DNA from: Flavobacterium sp.
GTDB lineage: Bacteria > Bacteroidota > Bacteroidia > Flavobacteriales > Flavobacteriaceae
Direction: 5' to 3'
Assembly (NCBI RefSeq): GCF_044377315.1
Contig: NZ_JBILJG010000005.1
Location: 32,618 to 96,617 of the forward strand
Length of the DNA: 64,000 bases
The position numbers and the translations under genes were made by a program. The notes under the pieces were generated by a model. The model had not been told where the DNA came from and searched no databases. It worked only from the letters and a program-made list of their open reading frames with translations. Shown piece after piece: positions 10,823 through 19,046 of this stretch (the first letter of the stretch is position 1; every line of letters starts with the position of its first letter).

Positions 10823-11216
10823 AACTGTATTATGTGTTGATGATGATCCAATTACACTTATGCTTAACGAAATGGTATTGAATAAAGCTTCTTTTTGTAA
10901 CGAACTTGTAACTGCAAAAAACGGGGAAGAGGCAATTCTTTATTTTGAAAACTTACTTATTACAACTAATAATGATAATTATCCTAAGTTAATATTTCTA
11001 GATTTAAATATGCCTGTAATGAATGGATGGGAATTCTTGGATACTTTTATAGAAAAAAAGTTTCACCATATTTTCAAGAAAATAAAAGTTATTATTTTAT
11101 CTTCTACCGTTGACCCGAATGACATTGAAAAATCTAAAAAACATCCAATTGTTATTAAATTTCTGCCAAAGCCAATAAACAAAGAAATGCTTGAAAGCTT
11201 GAAAGATATTGAATAA
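10815..11216 (+). CDS. Response regulator, receiver domain only
   Basis: 133 aa with an acidic pocket (VDDDP), the phospho-acceptor context FLDLNMP, and the conserved K in LPKP. There is no output domain. The start overlaps the kinase stop by 8 nt (ATGATTAA). Confidence 0.9.
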   Translation: MIKTVLCVDDDPITLMLNEMVLNKASFCNELVTAKNGEEAILYFENLLITTNNDNYPKLIFLDLNMPVMNGWEFLDTFIEKKFHHIFKKIKVIILSSTVDPNDIEKSKKHPIVIKFLPKPINKEMLESLKDIE

Positions 11217-11247
11217 AAAAAAGCTCTCAAATTATGAGAGCTTTTTT
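11215..11247. terminator. Bidirectional intrinsic terminator between the response regulator gene and rpsT
   Basis: A-run, then AAGCTCTCA-AATTA-TGAGAGCTT, then a T-run, between convergent genes. Confidence 0.8.
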
Positions 11248-11266
11248 ATTTTAACTGAGAAATTAA

Positions 11267-11518
11267 TTACAATTTAGTAACGAATTTAGTCAATTTTGAT
11301 TTTAAGTTAGAAGCTTTGTTATCATGAATAACATTTTTCTTAGCTAATTTATCAATCATCGAAATTACACTAGCTAATTTAGATGCTGCATCAGATTTAT
11401 CAGTTGACATTCTCAATGCTTTTATTGCATTACGAGTAGTTTTATGCTGATATCTGTTTAATACTCTTCTTTTTTCGTTGCTTCTTATTCTTTTTAAAGC
11501 TGACTTATGATTTGCCAT
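11267..11518 (-). CDS. rpsT: 30S ribosomal protein S20
   Basis: 83 aa. MANHKSALKRIRSNEKRRVLNRYQHKTTRNAIKALR is the classic S20 N-terminus. Confidence 0.95.
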   Translation of the reverse strand: MANHKSALKRIRSNEKRRVLNRYQHKTTRNAIKALRMSTDKSDAASKLASVISMIDKLAKKNVIHDNKASNLKSKLTKFVTKL

Positions 11519-11675
11519 TTTCTTTTAATTTAATTGTAATTATTATTATTAATACATAGTTAAAAAAGAAAAACCTCCCACATTCGCATCGGCGAACACT
11601 TTGGTTTTAACTAATAAAATAAAAAATCGAGACACTGACTTTTTACTTTATAAAACTAATTTACAACTAACGTTG

Positions 11676-11747
11676 TAGCCCGTAGGGGAATCGAACCCCT
11701 CTTACCAGGATGAAAACCTGGCGTCCTAACCGATAGACGAACGGGCC
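11676..11747 (-). tRNA. tRNA-Glu (anticodon UUC), copy 1
   Basis: The reverse complement is GGCCCGTTCGTCTATCGGTTAGGACGCCAGGTTTTCATCCTGGTAAGAGGGGTTCGATTCCCCTACGGGCTA. It folds as a cloverleaf with anticodon stem CCAGG/CCTGG, loop TTTTCAT and T-loop GGTTCGATTCC. CCA is not encoded. Confidence 0.9.
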
Positions 11748-11793
11748 ATCATTATCTTTATAGATACTATTTTTTCAATAAAAACTGAACTTG

Positions 11794-11865
11794 TAGCCCG
11801 TAGGGGAATCGAACCCCTCTTACCAGGATGAAAACCTGGCGTCCTAACCGATAGACGAACGGGCC
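11794..11865 (-). tRNA. tRNA-Glu (anticodon UUC), copy 2
   Basis: This 72-nt sequence is identical to copy 1 and lies 118 bp away as a tandem duplication. Confidence 0.9.
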
Positions 11866-11890
11866 ATTACACATTTTTGTAATGCGAGTG

Positions 11891-11898
11891 CAAAAATA
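11891..11898 (-). promoter_or_regulatory. -7 promoter box (TATTTTTG) for the tRNA-Glu pair
   Basis: The minus strand reads TATTTTTG, 26 nt upstream of the mature 5' end of tRNA-Glu copy 2. Confidence 0.45.
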
Positions 11899-11948
11899 CA
11901 ACTATTTTTATTTCACACAATAGCAGCAAGCACTTTTTTTATTTTTTT

Positions 11949-13427
11949 TTAGTATGCTTTTGCAAACAACACTCTACCAGTAGATTTAGCTCCTGAAAAA
12001 ACACAGGCTCCTTCTTCATTATTTCTATCCAAAGGAATACAACGAATGGTTGCCTTAGTTAAATCCTTAATTTTTTCTTCCGTTTCTGATGTTCCATCCC
12101 AATGTGCAGAAATGAAACCTGTCTTATTTTCTAAAACATCTTTGAATTCTTCAAAAGAATTTACTTCAGTAATATGTGTATCTCTATAATTCAATGCTTT
12201 ATCGAATAAATCAGCCTGAATTGTATCTAACAAATCATTTATATATGCCACAATTCCATCTTTAGAAACAACTTCTTTAGATAAAGTATCTCGTCTGGCT
12301 ACTTCAAAAGTTCCGTTTTCTAAATCTTTTGGACCAATAGCTATTCTAACTGGAACACCTTTTAATTCCCATTCTGCAAATTTGAATCCAGGTTTTTGTG
12401 TTGTTCTATTGTCAAATTTAACAGAGATTTTTAATCTTTTAAACTGTGAGACCAAATCGTTAACTATAACTGTTATATTTTCTAATTCTTCATCAGTTTT
12501 AAAAATAGGTACAATTACAACTTGAATTGGAGCCAAGTTTGGAGGAAGTACTAATCCATTATCATCTGAATGTGTCATAACTAATGCGCCCATCAAACGA
12601 GTAGAAACTCCCCAAGAAGTTCCCCAAACGTATTCTTGTTTTCCTTCTTGATTAGCAAATTTAACATCAAATGCTTTAGCAAAATTTTGCCCTAAAAAGT
12701 GAGAAGTTCCCGCTTGTAAAGCTTTTCCATCTTGCATCAATGCTTCAATACAATAAGTTTCATCAGCTCCAGCAAAACGTTCAGTTTCAGTTTTCAAACC
12801 TTTTATTACTGGAATTGCCATAAAATTTTGAGCAAAATCAGCATATACATTCATCATTTTTTCAGATTCTTCAATAGCTTCTGCTTTGGTTGCATGAGCC
12901 GTGTGTCCTTCTTGCCACAAAAACTCTGCAGTCCTCAAAAATAAACGCGTTCTCATTTCCCAACGAACCACATTAGCCCATTGATTAATCAACAAAGGTA
13001 AATCTCTATAAGATTGAACCCAATTTTTATAGGTACTCCAAATAATAGCTTCACTTGTAGGACGAACAATTAATTCTTCTTCCAATTTAGCATTTGGATC
13101 AACCATCAACTTTCCTGGTTTATCTGGATCATTTTTTAAGCGATAATGTGTCACAATAGCACATTCTTTAGCAAATCCTTCTGCATTTTTTTCTTCTGCC
13201 TCAAACATACTTTTGGGAACAAAAAGCGGAAAATAGGCATTACTATGACCTGTTTCTTTAAACATTCTGTCTAATTCTGCTTGCATTTTTTCCCAAATTG
13301 CGTAGCCATACGGTTTGATTACCATACAACCTCTAACGCCTGAATTCTCAGCTAAATCAGCTTTTACTACAAGCTCGTTATACCATTTGGAATAGTCTTC
13401 TGCTCTCTTTGTTAAGTTCTTACTCAT
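11949..13427 (-). CDS. proS: Proline--tRNA ligase, short archaeal/eukaryote-like type
   Basis: 492 aa with a class II aaRS core and a C-terminal ProRS-specific domain ending in Y. It is too short to carry the bacterial INS editing insertion. Confidence 0.95.
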   Translation of the reverse strand: MSKNLTKRAEDYSKWYNELVVKADLAENSGVRGCMVIKPYGYAIWEKMQAELDRMFKETGHSNAYFPLFVPKSMFEAEEKNAEGFAKECAIVTHYRLKNDPDKPGKLMVDPNAKLEEELIVRPTSEAIIWSTYKNWVQSYRDLPLLINQWANVVRWEMRTRLFLRTAEFLWQEGHTAHATKAEAIEESEKMMNVYADFAQNFMAIPVIKGLKTETERFAGADETYCIEALMQDGKALQAGTSHFLGQNFAKAFDVKFANQEGKQEYVWGTSWGVSTRLMGALVMTHSDDNGLVLPPNLAPIQVVIVPIFKTDEELENITVIVNDLVSQFKRLKISVKFDNRTTQKPGFKFAEWELKGVPVRIAIGPKDLENGTFEVARRDTLSKEVVSKDGIVAYINDLLDTIQADLFDKALNYRDTHITEVNSFEEFKDVLENKTGFISAHWDGTSETEEKIKDLTKATIRCIPLDRNNEEGACVFSGAKSTGRVLFAKAY

Positions 13428-13491
13428 GATGAATAGTTTGGCATAAAAATTGTTTAATATTTAATTAACTAAATAGTTCGGCAAAACTAAC

Positions 13492-13499
13492 TATTTTTG
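13492..13499 (+). promoter_or_regulatory. -7 promoter box (TATTTTTG) for the W-rich lipoprotein gene
   Basis: The box ends 2 nt before the first ATG (13502), which argues for the second ATG (13529) as the real start. Confidence 0.4.
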
Positions 13500-13528
13500 T
13501 AATGACCAACAATAAAAATGCTATAGTT

Positions 13529-14557
13529 ATGAAAACAAATTATTATAATTCCAGAAAATTGTCCGTTTATTCATTATTTGGACTAGTTGCAGTTATTTTT
13601 ACATCATGTGGTTCTTATCAAAACAAATCTTATTATGATAGAGATGGAATTTATGGTGGTGAAAGTGAAAAAGTAGCTCAAACAGCTGCAAATGATGGTC
13701 AAGCCAAAGTAACCGAAAGTAATAAATATACTGACTATTTCAATTCTCTTCGTGATGATCAACAAGATGAAGTTTTTACCGATGTTGAACGCTATTCTAC
13801 TTACAACGACACAACTGCCTCACAAAACAGAAATCAATCAGCAGCATGGGGTTCTAATCCTTCTAATGTTACTGTAAACGTTTATGACAATAACTGGGGA
13901 TGGAATAATGCCGCATGGAACTCATGGAATGGTTGGGGATGGAACAATTGGGGAATGGGTTGGAATAATTGGGGTTGGAATTCATGGTACGGACCAAACT
14001 GGGGAATGGGTTGGAATAATTGGGGAATGGGTTGGAATTCATGGTACGGACCAAATTGGGGCATGGGTTGGAACAATTGGTATGGAAATGGTTTTTACGG
14101 AAACAACTATCATAACAACTATGCTTATGGAAATGGTAGAAGAGGTTCAACCTACGGAAGGCCAGAAGGAAACTCGTCAAGAGATTATAGAAGAAGCAGC
14201 AACACTATAACTAGAAACACTACGGTTACTGGCTCTCGAAGAACCGACTATGTTCCTACTAGAACTACAACTACTAGAAATAATACTATAAGAAGTAATA
14301 GCTACTCTCCTGTTAGAACTTACAATGGTTCTAATAGCACAAGAAACAATTCAAGCAATTCAACTAGAACAACTACTTCGCCTACAAGAAATAATACTTA
14401 TACACCAAGCAACAACTCATCAAACAGCACTCGTTCAAACAACTATTCACCGAGTAATTCATCTTCTACAAGATCAAGTTCAGGTGCTGGTGGCGGAGGT
14501 TCTAGATCTGGTGGTGGTGGCGGAGGTTCTCGTTCAGGTGGCGGAGGTAGACGATAA
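13529..14557 (+). CDS. Trp/Gly/Asn-repeat lipoprotein with an S/T/N/R-rich, Gly-Arg-terminated low-complexity tail (function unknown)
   Basis: The signal peptide plus lipobox is MKTNYYNSRKLSVYSLFGLVAVIFTSC. A repeat block NWGMGWNNWG(W/MGW)NSWYGP follows, and the C-terminus is GGGGSRSGGGGGGSRSGGGGRR. The ORF track offers an alternative start at 13502. Confidence 0.7.
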   Translation: MKTNYYNSRKLSVYSLFGLVAVIFTSCGSYQNKSYYDRDGIYGGESEKVAQTAANDGQAKVTESNKYTDYFNSLRDDQQDEVFTDVERYSTYNDTTASQNRNQSAAWGSNPSNVTVNVYDNNWGWNNAAWNSWNGWGWNNWGMGWNNWGWNSWYGPNWGMGWNNWGMGWNSWYGPNWGMGWNNWYGNGFYGNNYHNNYAYGNGRRGSTYGRPEGNSSRDYRRSSNTITRNTTVTGSRRTDYVPTRTTTTRNNTIRSNSYSPVRTYNGSNSTRNNSSNSTRTTTSPTRNNTYTPSNNSSNSTRSNNYSPSNSSSTRSSSGAGGGGSRSGGGGGGSRSGGGGRR

Positions 14558-14585
14558 AATTTAGTATCTATTTAAATTTAGAAAA

Positions 14586-16106
14586 ATGAAAAAATATATT
14601 TTAGCAATCTCAGCTATCATTAGTATAAACTATGCCAATGCTCAAGAAATTCCTGATGCAATTAGATTGGCTCAAGAAAACTTGAACGGAACTGCTCGTT
14701 TCAGAGCTATGGGCGGTGCATTTGGAGCACTTGGTGGTGACTTATCAGCTATAAATGTGAATCCGGCGGGAAGTGTTGTGTTCGCAAACAATCAAGCTGG
14801 TGGAACTTTATCTAGTTTAAATACAAAAAATAATGCTGATTATTTTGGTTCGAAAACAAGTCAATCTGAAAATGCGTTTGACTTAAACCAAGCTGGTGCT
14901 GTTTTCATTTTTGAAGACCGTTCTGGCAAAAGTGATTGGAACAAATTTTCATTTGCCTTAAACTACGAAAACACCAATAATTATGATAATTCTTTGTTTA
15001 CAAAAGGCACAAACCCGAATAATTCTGTGGCAAATTATTTTTTGAGTTATGCTAATCCTAGTGCGACTCAAGGCGGTATTTTTCTAGATGTTTTAGAAAA
15101 CGCCTATTACGATGAATTGAATTATGCCGACCAACAAGCCTTTCTAGGATATCAAGGTTATGTAATAAATCCTCTTACAAATGATGTAAATAATACAAGC
15201 TATTTGATAAATAATCCAGGAGGAAATTATTATCAACAGAATTCAATAGTTGCTACTGGATTTAATGGAAAACTGACTTTTAATGGTGCAGCTTCCTATA
15301 AAGATAAAATCTTTATAGGTTTGAGTTTGAATTCACATTTCACAGATTATGTTCAATCTTCTAGGTTTTACGAAAGCAATAACAATAGCTCAACAAATGG
15401 TTTAAGAAACCTTACATTTGGAAACGATTTATACACTTACGGAACTGGTTTTTCATTCAACTTAGGGATCATCGGAAAAATAAATAAAGAAATACGCGCT
15501 GGTTTATCTTATGAATCGCCAACTTGGTACAGATTGAATGATGAGTTACTACAAACACTTTCGTCAACTGGATACAATTATGGTACTCCTGCAAATCCAA
15601 ATCTCTCTAATACTACTGTTGACTCTAACATCACTATAATTTATGATCCATACAAATTAAGAACTCCATCAAAATTTACAGGAAGTTTTGCTTATATTTT
15701 TGGTAAAAAAGGATTGATTAGTATTGACTATAGCATTAAAGATTATAGCAACACTAAATTTAGAGATCCTCACGGAGATTTTGCAAGAGTAAATAATAGA
15801 ATGAATGATATTCTTGATACAACAGGTGAAATTAGAATTGGAGCCGAATACAGAATCAAACAATTTAGCCTTAGAGCAGGTCACAGAAGCGAAGAAAGTC
15901 CTTATAAAAACAATTGGACTATTGGAAACTTAAAAAGTTATTCTGGTGGACTTGGTTATAATTTCGGAGATACTAAATTAGATTTGTCATATACTTATGC
16001 CAAAAGAAATTCAAATCCTAGTTTTTTTGAGCAAGGATTTACAGACGCAGCCAGAATTAATAACATTAACAACAATGTTTCGTTAACGTTATTATTTGAA
16101 TTGTAA
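14586..16106 (+). CDS. Outer-membrane beta-barrel protein, FadL/PorV-like
   Basis: 506 aa with signal peptide MKKYILAISAIISINYANAQ. The N-terminal motif GTARFRAMGGAFGALGGDLSAINVNPAG is typical of FadL/TodX/PorV-type barrels. Alternating beta-strand patterning runs through the protein, and it ends in an aromatic-rich ..SLTLLFEL strand. It starts 28 nt after the preceding gene. Confidence 0.7.
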   Translation: MKKYILAISAIISINYANAQEIPDAIRLAQENLNGTARFRAMGGAFGALGGDLSAINVNPAGSVVFANNQAGGTLSSLNTKNNADYFGSKTSQSENAFDLNQAGAVFIFEDRSGKSDWNKFSFALNYENTNNYDNSLFTKGTNPNNSVANYFLSYANPSATQGGIFLDVLENAYYDELNYADQQAFLGYQGYVINPLTNDVNNTSYLINNPGGNYYQQNSIVATGFNGKLTFNGAASYKDKIFIGLSLNSHFTDYVQSSRFYESNNNSSTNGLRNLTFGNDLYTYGTGFSFNLGIIGKINKEIRAGLSYESPTWYRLNDELLQTLSSTGYNYGTPANPNLSNTTVDSNITIIYDPYKLRTPSKFTGSFAYIFGKKGLISIDYSIKDYSNTKFRDPHGDFARVNNRMNDILDTTGEIRIGAEYRIKQFSLRAGHRSEESPYKNNWTIGNLKSYSGGLGYNFGDTKLDLSYTYAKRNSNPSFFEQGFTDAARINNINNNVSLTLLFEL

Positions 16107-16131
16107 TTGAAACTAAACGATCTATACAAAA

Positions 16132-16157
16132 CCATTCGTCTTTCGAGTGGTTTTTTT
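16132..16157 (+). terminator. Intrinsic terminator after the barrel gene
   Basis: CCATTCG-TCTTT-CGAGTGG followed by T7. Confidence 0.7.
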
Positions 16158-16177
16158 ATGCCCAAAACTCAAATTCT

Positions 16178-16250
16178 AGCCCAGATTGTAGTGAAAATCC
16201 TTTTCTTTTTTCTTTAAAAAAGAAAAGATTGTAGCGAAAAGCTGGAACGA
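16178..16250 (+). repeat. Intergenic palindromic element, copy B
   Basis: AGCCCAGATTGTAGTGAAAATCC - perfect 12-bp hairpin CTTTTCTTTTTT/CTTT/AAAAAAGAAAAG - GATTGTAGCGAAAAGCTGGAACGAAC. It is flanked by ATGCCCAAAA at 16158-16167 and 16263-16272. Confidence 0.8.
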
Positions 16251-16298
16251 ACCTTTCTGAAAATGCCCAAAAGTTAGTGCTCCTAAAAATAAATACTG

Positions 16299-16306
16299 TA
16301 ATTTTG
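16299..16306 (+). promoter_or_regulatory. -7 promoter box (TAATTTTG) for rimO
   Basis: Matches TAnnTTTG, 20 nt upstream of the ATG. Confidence 0.5.
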
Positions 16307-16326
16307 CACTTCAATAAAAAAGAAGC

Positions 16327-17640
16327 ATGAGAACCAAATCGGTAAAAAAGAATAAAATTAACGTAATAACGCTAGGTTGTTCGAAAAATATTTATGACAG
16401 TGAAGTCCTAATGGGACAACTAAAAGCAAGCGGAAAAGAAGTTGAACACGAAGCTCCAGCTGAAACAGAAGGAAATATTATTGTAATAAATACCTGTGGA
16501 TTTATAGACAATGCCAAAGCAGAATCGGTAAACATGATTCTGGAATATGCCGACAAAAAAGAACGCGGATTGGTTGACAAAGTCTTCGTTACAGGTTGTT
16601 TGTCGGAAAGATACCGCCCAGATTTGGAGAAAGAAATTCCAAATGTTGATCAGTTTTTTGGTACTACTGAATTGCCTTTGTTGCTAAAAGCACTTGGTGC
16701 AGATTATAAACACGAATTATTAGGCGAACGATTAACGACAACTCCTAAAAACTATGCTTATCTAAAAATTGCCGAAGGTTGTGATAGACCGTGTAGCTTT
16801 TGTGCAATTCCAATTATGCGTGGCAAACACGTTTCGCAACCTATTGAAAAATTGGTTAAAGAAGCTGAAGGTTTAGCTCGTGATGGTGTGAAAGAATTGA
16901 TTTTGATTGCACAAGATTTGACCTATTATGGTTTGGATATTTACAAAAAACGAAATCTTGCAGAGTTATTAGAAGCATTGGTAAAAGTAGAAGGAATTGA
17001 GTGGATTAGACTGCATTACGCCTTTCCTACAGGTTTTCCGATGGATGTTTTGGATGTTTTGAAACGTGAACCAAAAATTTGTAACTATATTGATATTCCG
17101 TTGCAACATATTTCGGATAACATCCTAAAATCGATGCGTCGTGGAACTACCAAAGAAAAAACGACTCAATTATTAAAAGATTTTCGTGCTGCTGTTCCCG
17201 GAATGGCTATTCGTACCACACTAATAGTTGGTTATCCTGGCGAAACGCGTGAAGATTTTGAAACATTGAAAGATTTTGTTCAGGAAATGAAATTTGACCG
17301 AATGGGTTGTTTTGCGTATTCTCACGAAGAAAATACTCATGCTTATTTACTAGAGGACGACGTTCCTGCCGAAGTAAAACAAGAAAGAGTAAATGAACTA
17401 ATGGAATTGCAATCGCAAATTTCATGGGATTTAAATCAGGAAAAAGTCGGACAAGTTTTCAAATGTATTATTGACCGAAAAGAAGGAAATCATTTTATTG
17501 GTAGAACCGAATTTGATAGTCCAGATGTTGACAATGAAGTGTTGCTAGATGCTACCAAAAATTACCTAAAAACAGGCGAATTCATCAACGTAAAAATCAC
17601 CGAAGCAACTGAATTCGATTTGTACGGAGAAGTTGTTTAG
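16327..17640 (+). CDS. rimO: Ribosomal protein S12 methylthiotransferase RimO
   Basis: 437 aa with an N-terminal MTTase Cys triad (GCSKN..NTCGF..TGC), the radical-SAM motif CDRPCSFC, and a C-terminal TRAM domain. Confidence 0.93.
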   Translation: MRTKSVKKNKINVITLGCSKNIYDSEVLMGQLKASGKEVEHEAPAETEGNIIVINTCGFIDNAKAESVNMILEYADKKERGLVDKVFVTGCLSERYRPDLEKEIPNVDQFFGTTELPLLLKALGADYKHELLGERLTTTPKNYAYLKIAEGCDRPCSFCAIPIMRGKHVSQPIEKLVKEAEGLARDGVKELILIAQDLTYYGLDIYKKRNLAELLEALVKVEGIEWIRLHYAFPTGFPMDVLDVLKREPKICNYIDIPLQHISDNILKSMRRGTTKEKTTQLLKDFRAAVPGMAIRTTLIVGYPGETREDFETLKDFVQEMKFDRMGCFAYSHEENTHAYLLEDDVPAEVKQERVNELMELQSQISWDLNQEKVGQVFKCIIDRKEGNHFIGRTEFDSPDVDNEVLLDATKNYLKTGEFINVKITEATEFDLYGEVV

Positions 17641-17666
17641 AAATTAGAAAGCAGAATTTAGAATAC

Positions 17667-17703
17667 AAAAAAAGTGATGAAACAAACCTCATCACTTTTT
17701 TTT
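17667..17703. terminator. Bidirectional intrinsic terminator between rimO and trxB
   Basis: A7, then AGTGATGA-AACAAACC-TCATCACT, then T9, between convergent genes. Confidence 0.8.
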
Positions 17704-17753
17704 ATATATTCAATAAACTGTCAACCGACAACTGTCAACCGACGACCAAAAAT

Positions 17754-18725
17754 CTACTCCAAAGAAGCCAAATATCGTTCAGCATCCAAAGCTGCCATAC
17801 AACCAGTTCCTGCGGCAGTTATAGCTTGTCTGTAAACATGATCGGCGGCATCGCCCGATACAAAGACACCCGTAACATTGGTTTTAGAACTTCCTGGAAC
17901 ATTTACAATGTAACCTGTTTCGTCTAGTGTGATAAAGTCTTTGAAAATATCGGTATTCGGTTTGTGACCAATCGCAACAAAAAATCCAGTCGCTGGAATT
18001 TCATGCTCAGTGTTAGTAGTTTTATTCAAAACCTTAACAGAAGTCACAACCTGTCCATCACCTAAAACTTCTACGGTATCGTGGTTCATCAAGATTTCGA
18101 TATTTTCAGTTTTACGAACACGTGCTTCCATAATTTTAGAAGCTCTAAATTGTTCGCTACGAACCAACATAGTTACTTTTTTACATAATTTAGATAAATA
18201 GTGTGCTTCTTCACAAGCCGAATCCCCTGCTCCCACTATTACAACTTCTTGGTTTCTATAAAAGAATCCGTCGCAAACAGCACAAGCAGAAACTCCTCCA
18301 CCCATTTGCAAATAATGTTGTTCCGATGGTAATCCTAAATATTTTGCAGAGGCACCAGTTGAAATAATTACCGTTTCGCAATGCAATTCTTTTCCGTCAT
18401 GAATCCACACTTTGTGAATAGGCCCAGTAAAATCTACTTTGGTTACCCAACCATCACGAACATCGGTTCCAAAACGTTGTGCTTGCTCTTGCAAACCAAC
18501 CATCATTTGTGGCCCAGTAATTCCTTCTGGATTTCCTGGCCAATTCTCTACTTCATTAGTGGTGGTCAATTGTCCACCAGGTTGTGTTCCTTGATATAGA
18601 ACTGGAAACATATTAGCTCTAGAAGCATAAATAGCAGCAGTATAGCCTGCTGGCCCAGAACCTATTATTAAACATTTTACTTTTTCGATTGTATCAGACA
18701 TATTTGTGATTTTTTTTGTTTTCAA
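17754..18725 (-). CDS. trxB: Thioredoxin-disulfide reductase
   Basis: 323 aa with the FAD motif GSGPAGYTAA, the redox-active CAVCDG, and the NADPH motif GAGDSA. Confidence 0.95.
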   Translation of the reverse strand: MKTKKITNMSDTIEKVKCLIIGSGPAGYTAAIYASRANMFPVLYQGTQPGGQLTTTNEVENWPGNPEGITGPQMMVGLQEQAQRFGTDVRDGWVTKVDFTGPIHKVWIHDGKELHCETVIISTGASAKYLGLPSEQHYLQMGGGVSACAVCDGFFYRNQEVVIVGAGDSACEEAHYLSKLCKKVTMLVRSEQFRASKIMEARVRKTENIEILMNHDTVEVLGDGQVVTSVKVLNKTTNTEHEIPATGFFVAIGHKPNTDIFKDFITLDETGYIVNVPGSSKTNVTGVFVSGDAADHVYRQAITAAGTGCMAALDAERYLASLE

Positions 18726-18816
18726 AAATAGGTAATTTGTATGAATTCAAATGTAATATAAGTAACAAAAAATCTATTTTTATTATAAGTAAGGATTACA
18801 TAAGCATTCTAAAAAC

Positions 18817-18844
18817 AAAAAAACCTTTCCACATCGTGAAAAGG
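18817..18844 (-). terminator. Intrinsic terminator after tRNA-Pro
   Basis: The minus strand reads CCTTTTCAC-GAT-GTGGAAAGG followed by T7. Confidence 0.65.
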
Positions 18845-18850
18845 ATTCTG

Positions 18851-18925
18851 TCGGGGTGGCAGGATTCGAACCTGCGGCCTCCTGCTCCCAAAGCAGGCGC
18901 GATAACCGGGCTACGCTACACCCCG
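18851..18925 (-). tRNA. tRNA-Pro (anticodon UGG)
   Basis: The reverse complement is CGGGGTGTAGCGTAGCCCGGTTATCGCGCCTGCTTTGGGAGCAGGAGGCCGCAGGTTCGAATCCTGCCACCCCGA, with anticodon loop TTTGGGA and T-loop GGTTCGAATCC. Confidence 0.9.
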
Positions 18926-18936
18926 TATTGTGAGCG

Positions 18937-18944
18937 CAAATATA
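18937..18944 (-). promoter_or_regulatory. -7 promoter box (TATATTTG) for tRNA-Pro
   Basis: The minus strand reads TATATTTG, ending 11 nt upstream of the mature tRNA 5' end. Confidence 0.5.
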
Positions 18945-19016
18945 AAGCTAAATCTAACATTACCAAACTATTTCTAAAAATAATTATTTAGACAAAATTT
19001 TATTCTAAATATTACT

Positions 19017-19024
19017 TAAATTTG
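19017..19024 (+). promoter_or_regulatory. -7 promoter box (TAAATTTG) for udk
   Basis: Matches TAnnTTTG, 22 nt upstream of the ATG. Confidence 0.5.
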
Positions 19025-19046
19025 CACAAACACAAACATATTATTT

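Noticed and set aside
11676-11865. Tandem tRNA-Glu duplication as a possible integration hotspot
   Set aside because: The two copies are identical and are simply arrayed with 46-nt spacing under one promoter box. No partial tRNA 3' direct repeat or foreign DNA flanks them.
13869-14210. Three overlapping ORFs of 64-108 aa in other frames or on the other strand, inside the W-rich repeat gene
   Set aside because: They are shadow ORFs produced by the stop-free tggggaatgggttgg repeat composition. They have no start context, signal or independent motif, whereas the sense frame has a lipoprotein signal and continues for ~340 codons.
18716-18991. 91-aa plus-strand ORF
   Set aside because: It runs antisense straight through the tRNA-Pro gene (18851-18925) together with its promoter and terminator. 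This makes it a spurious ORF.
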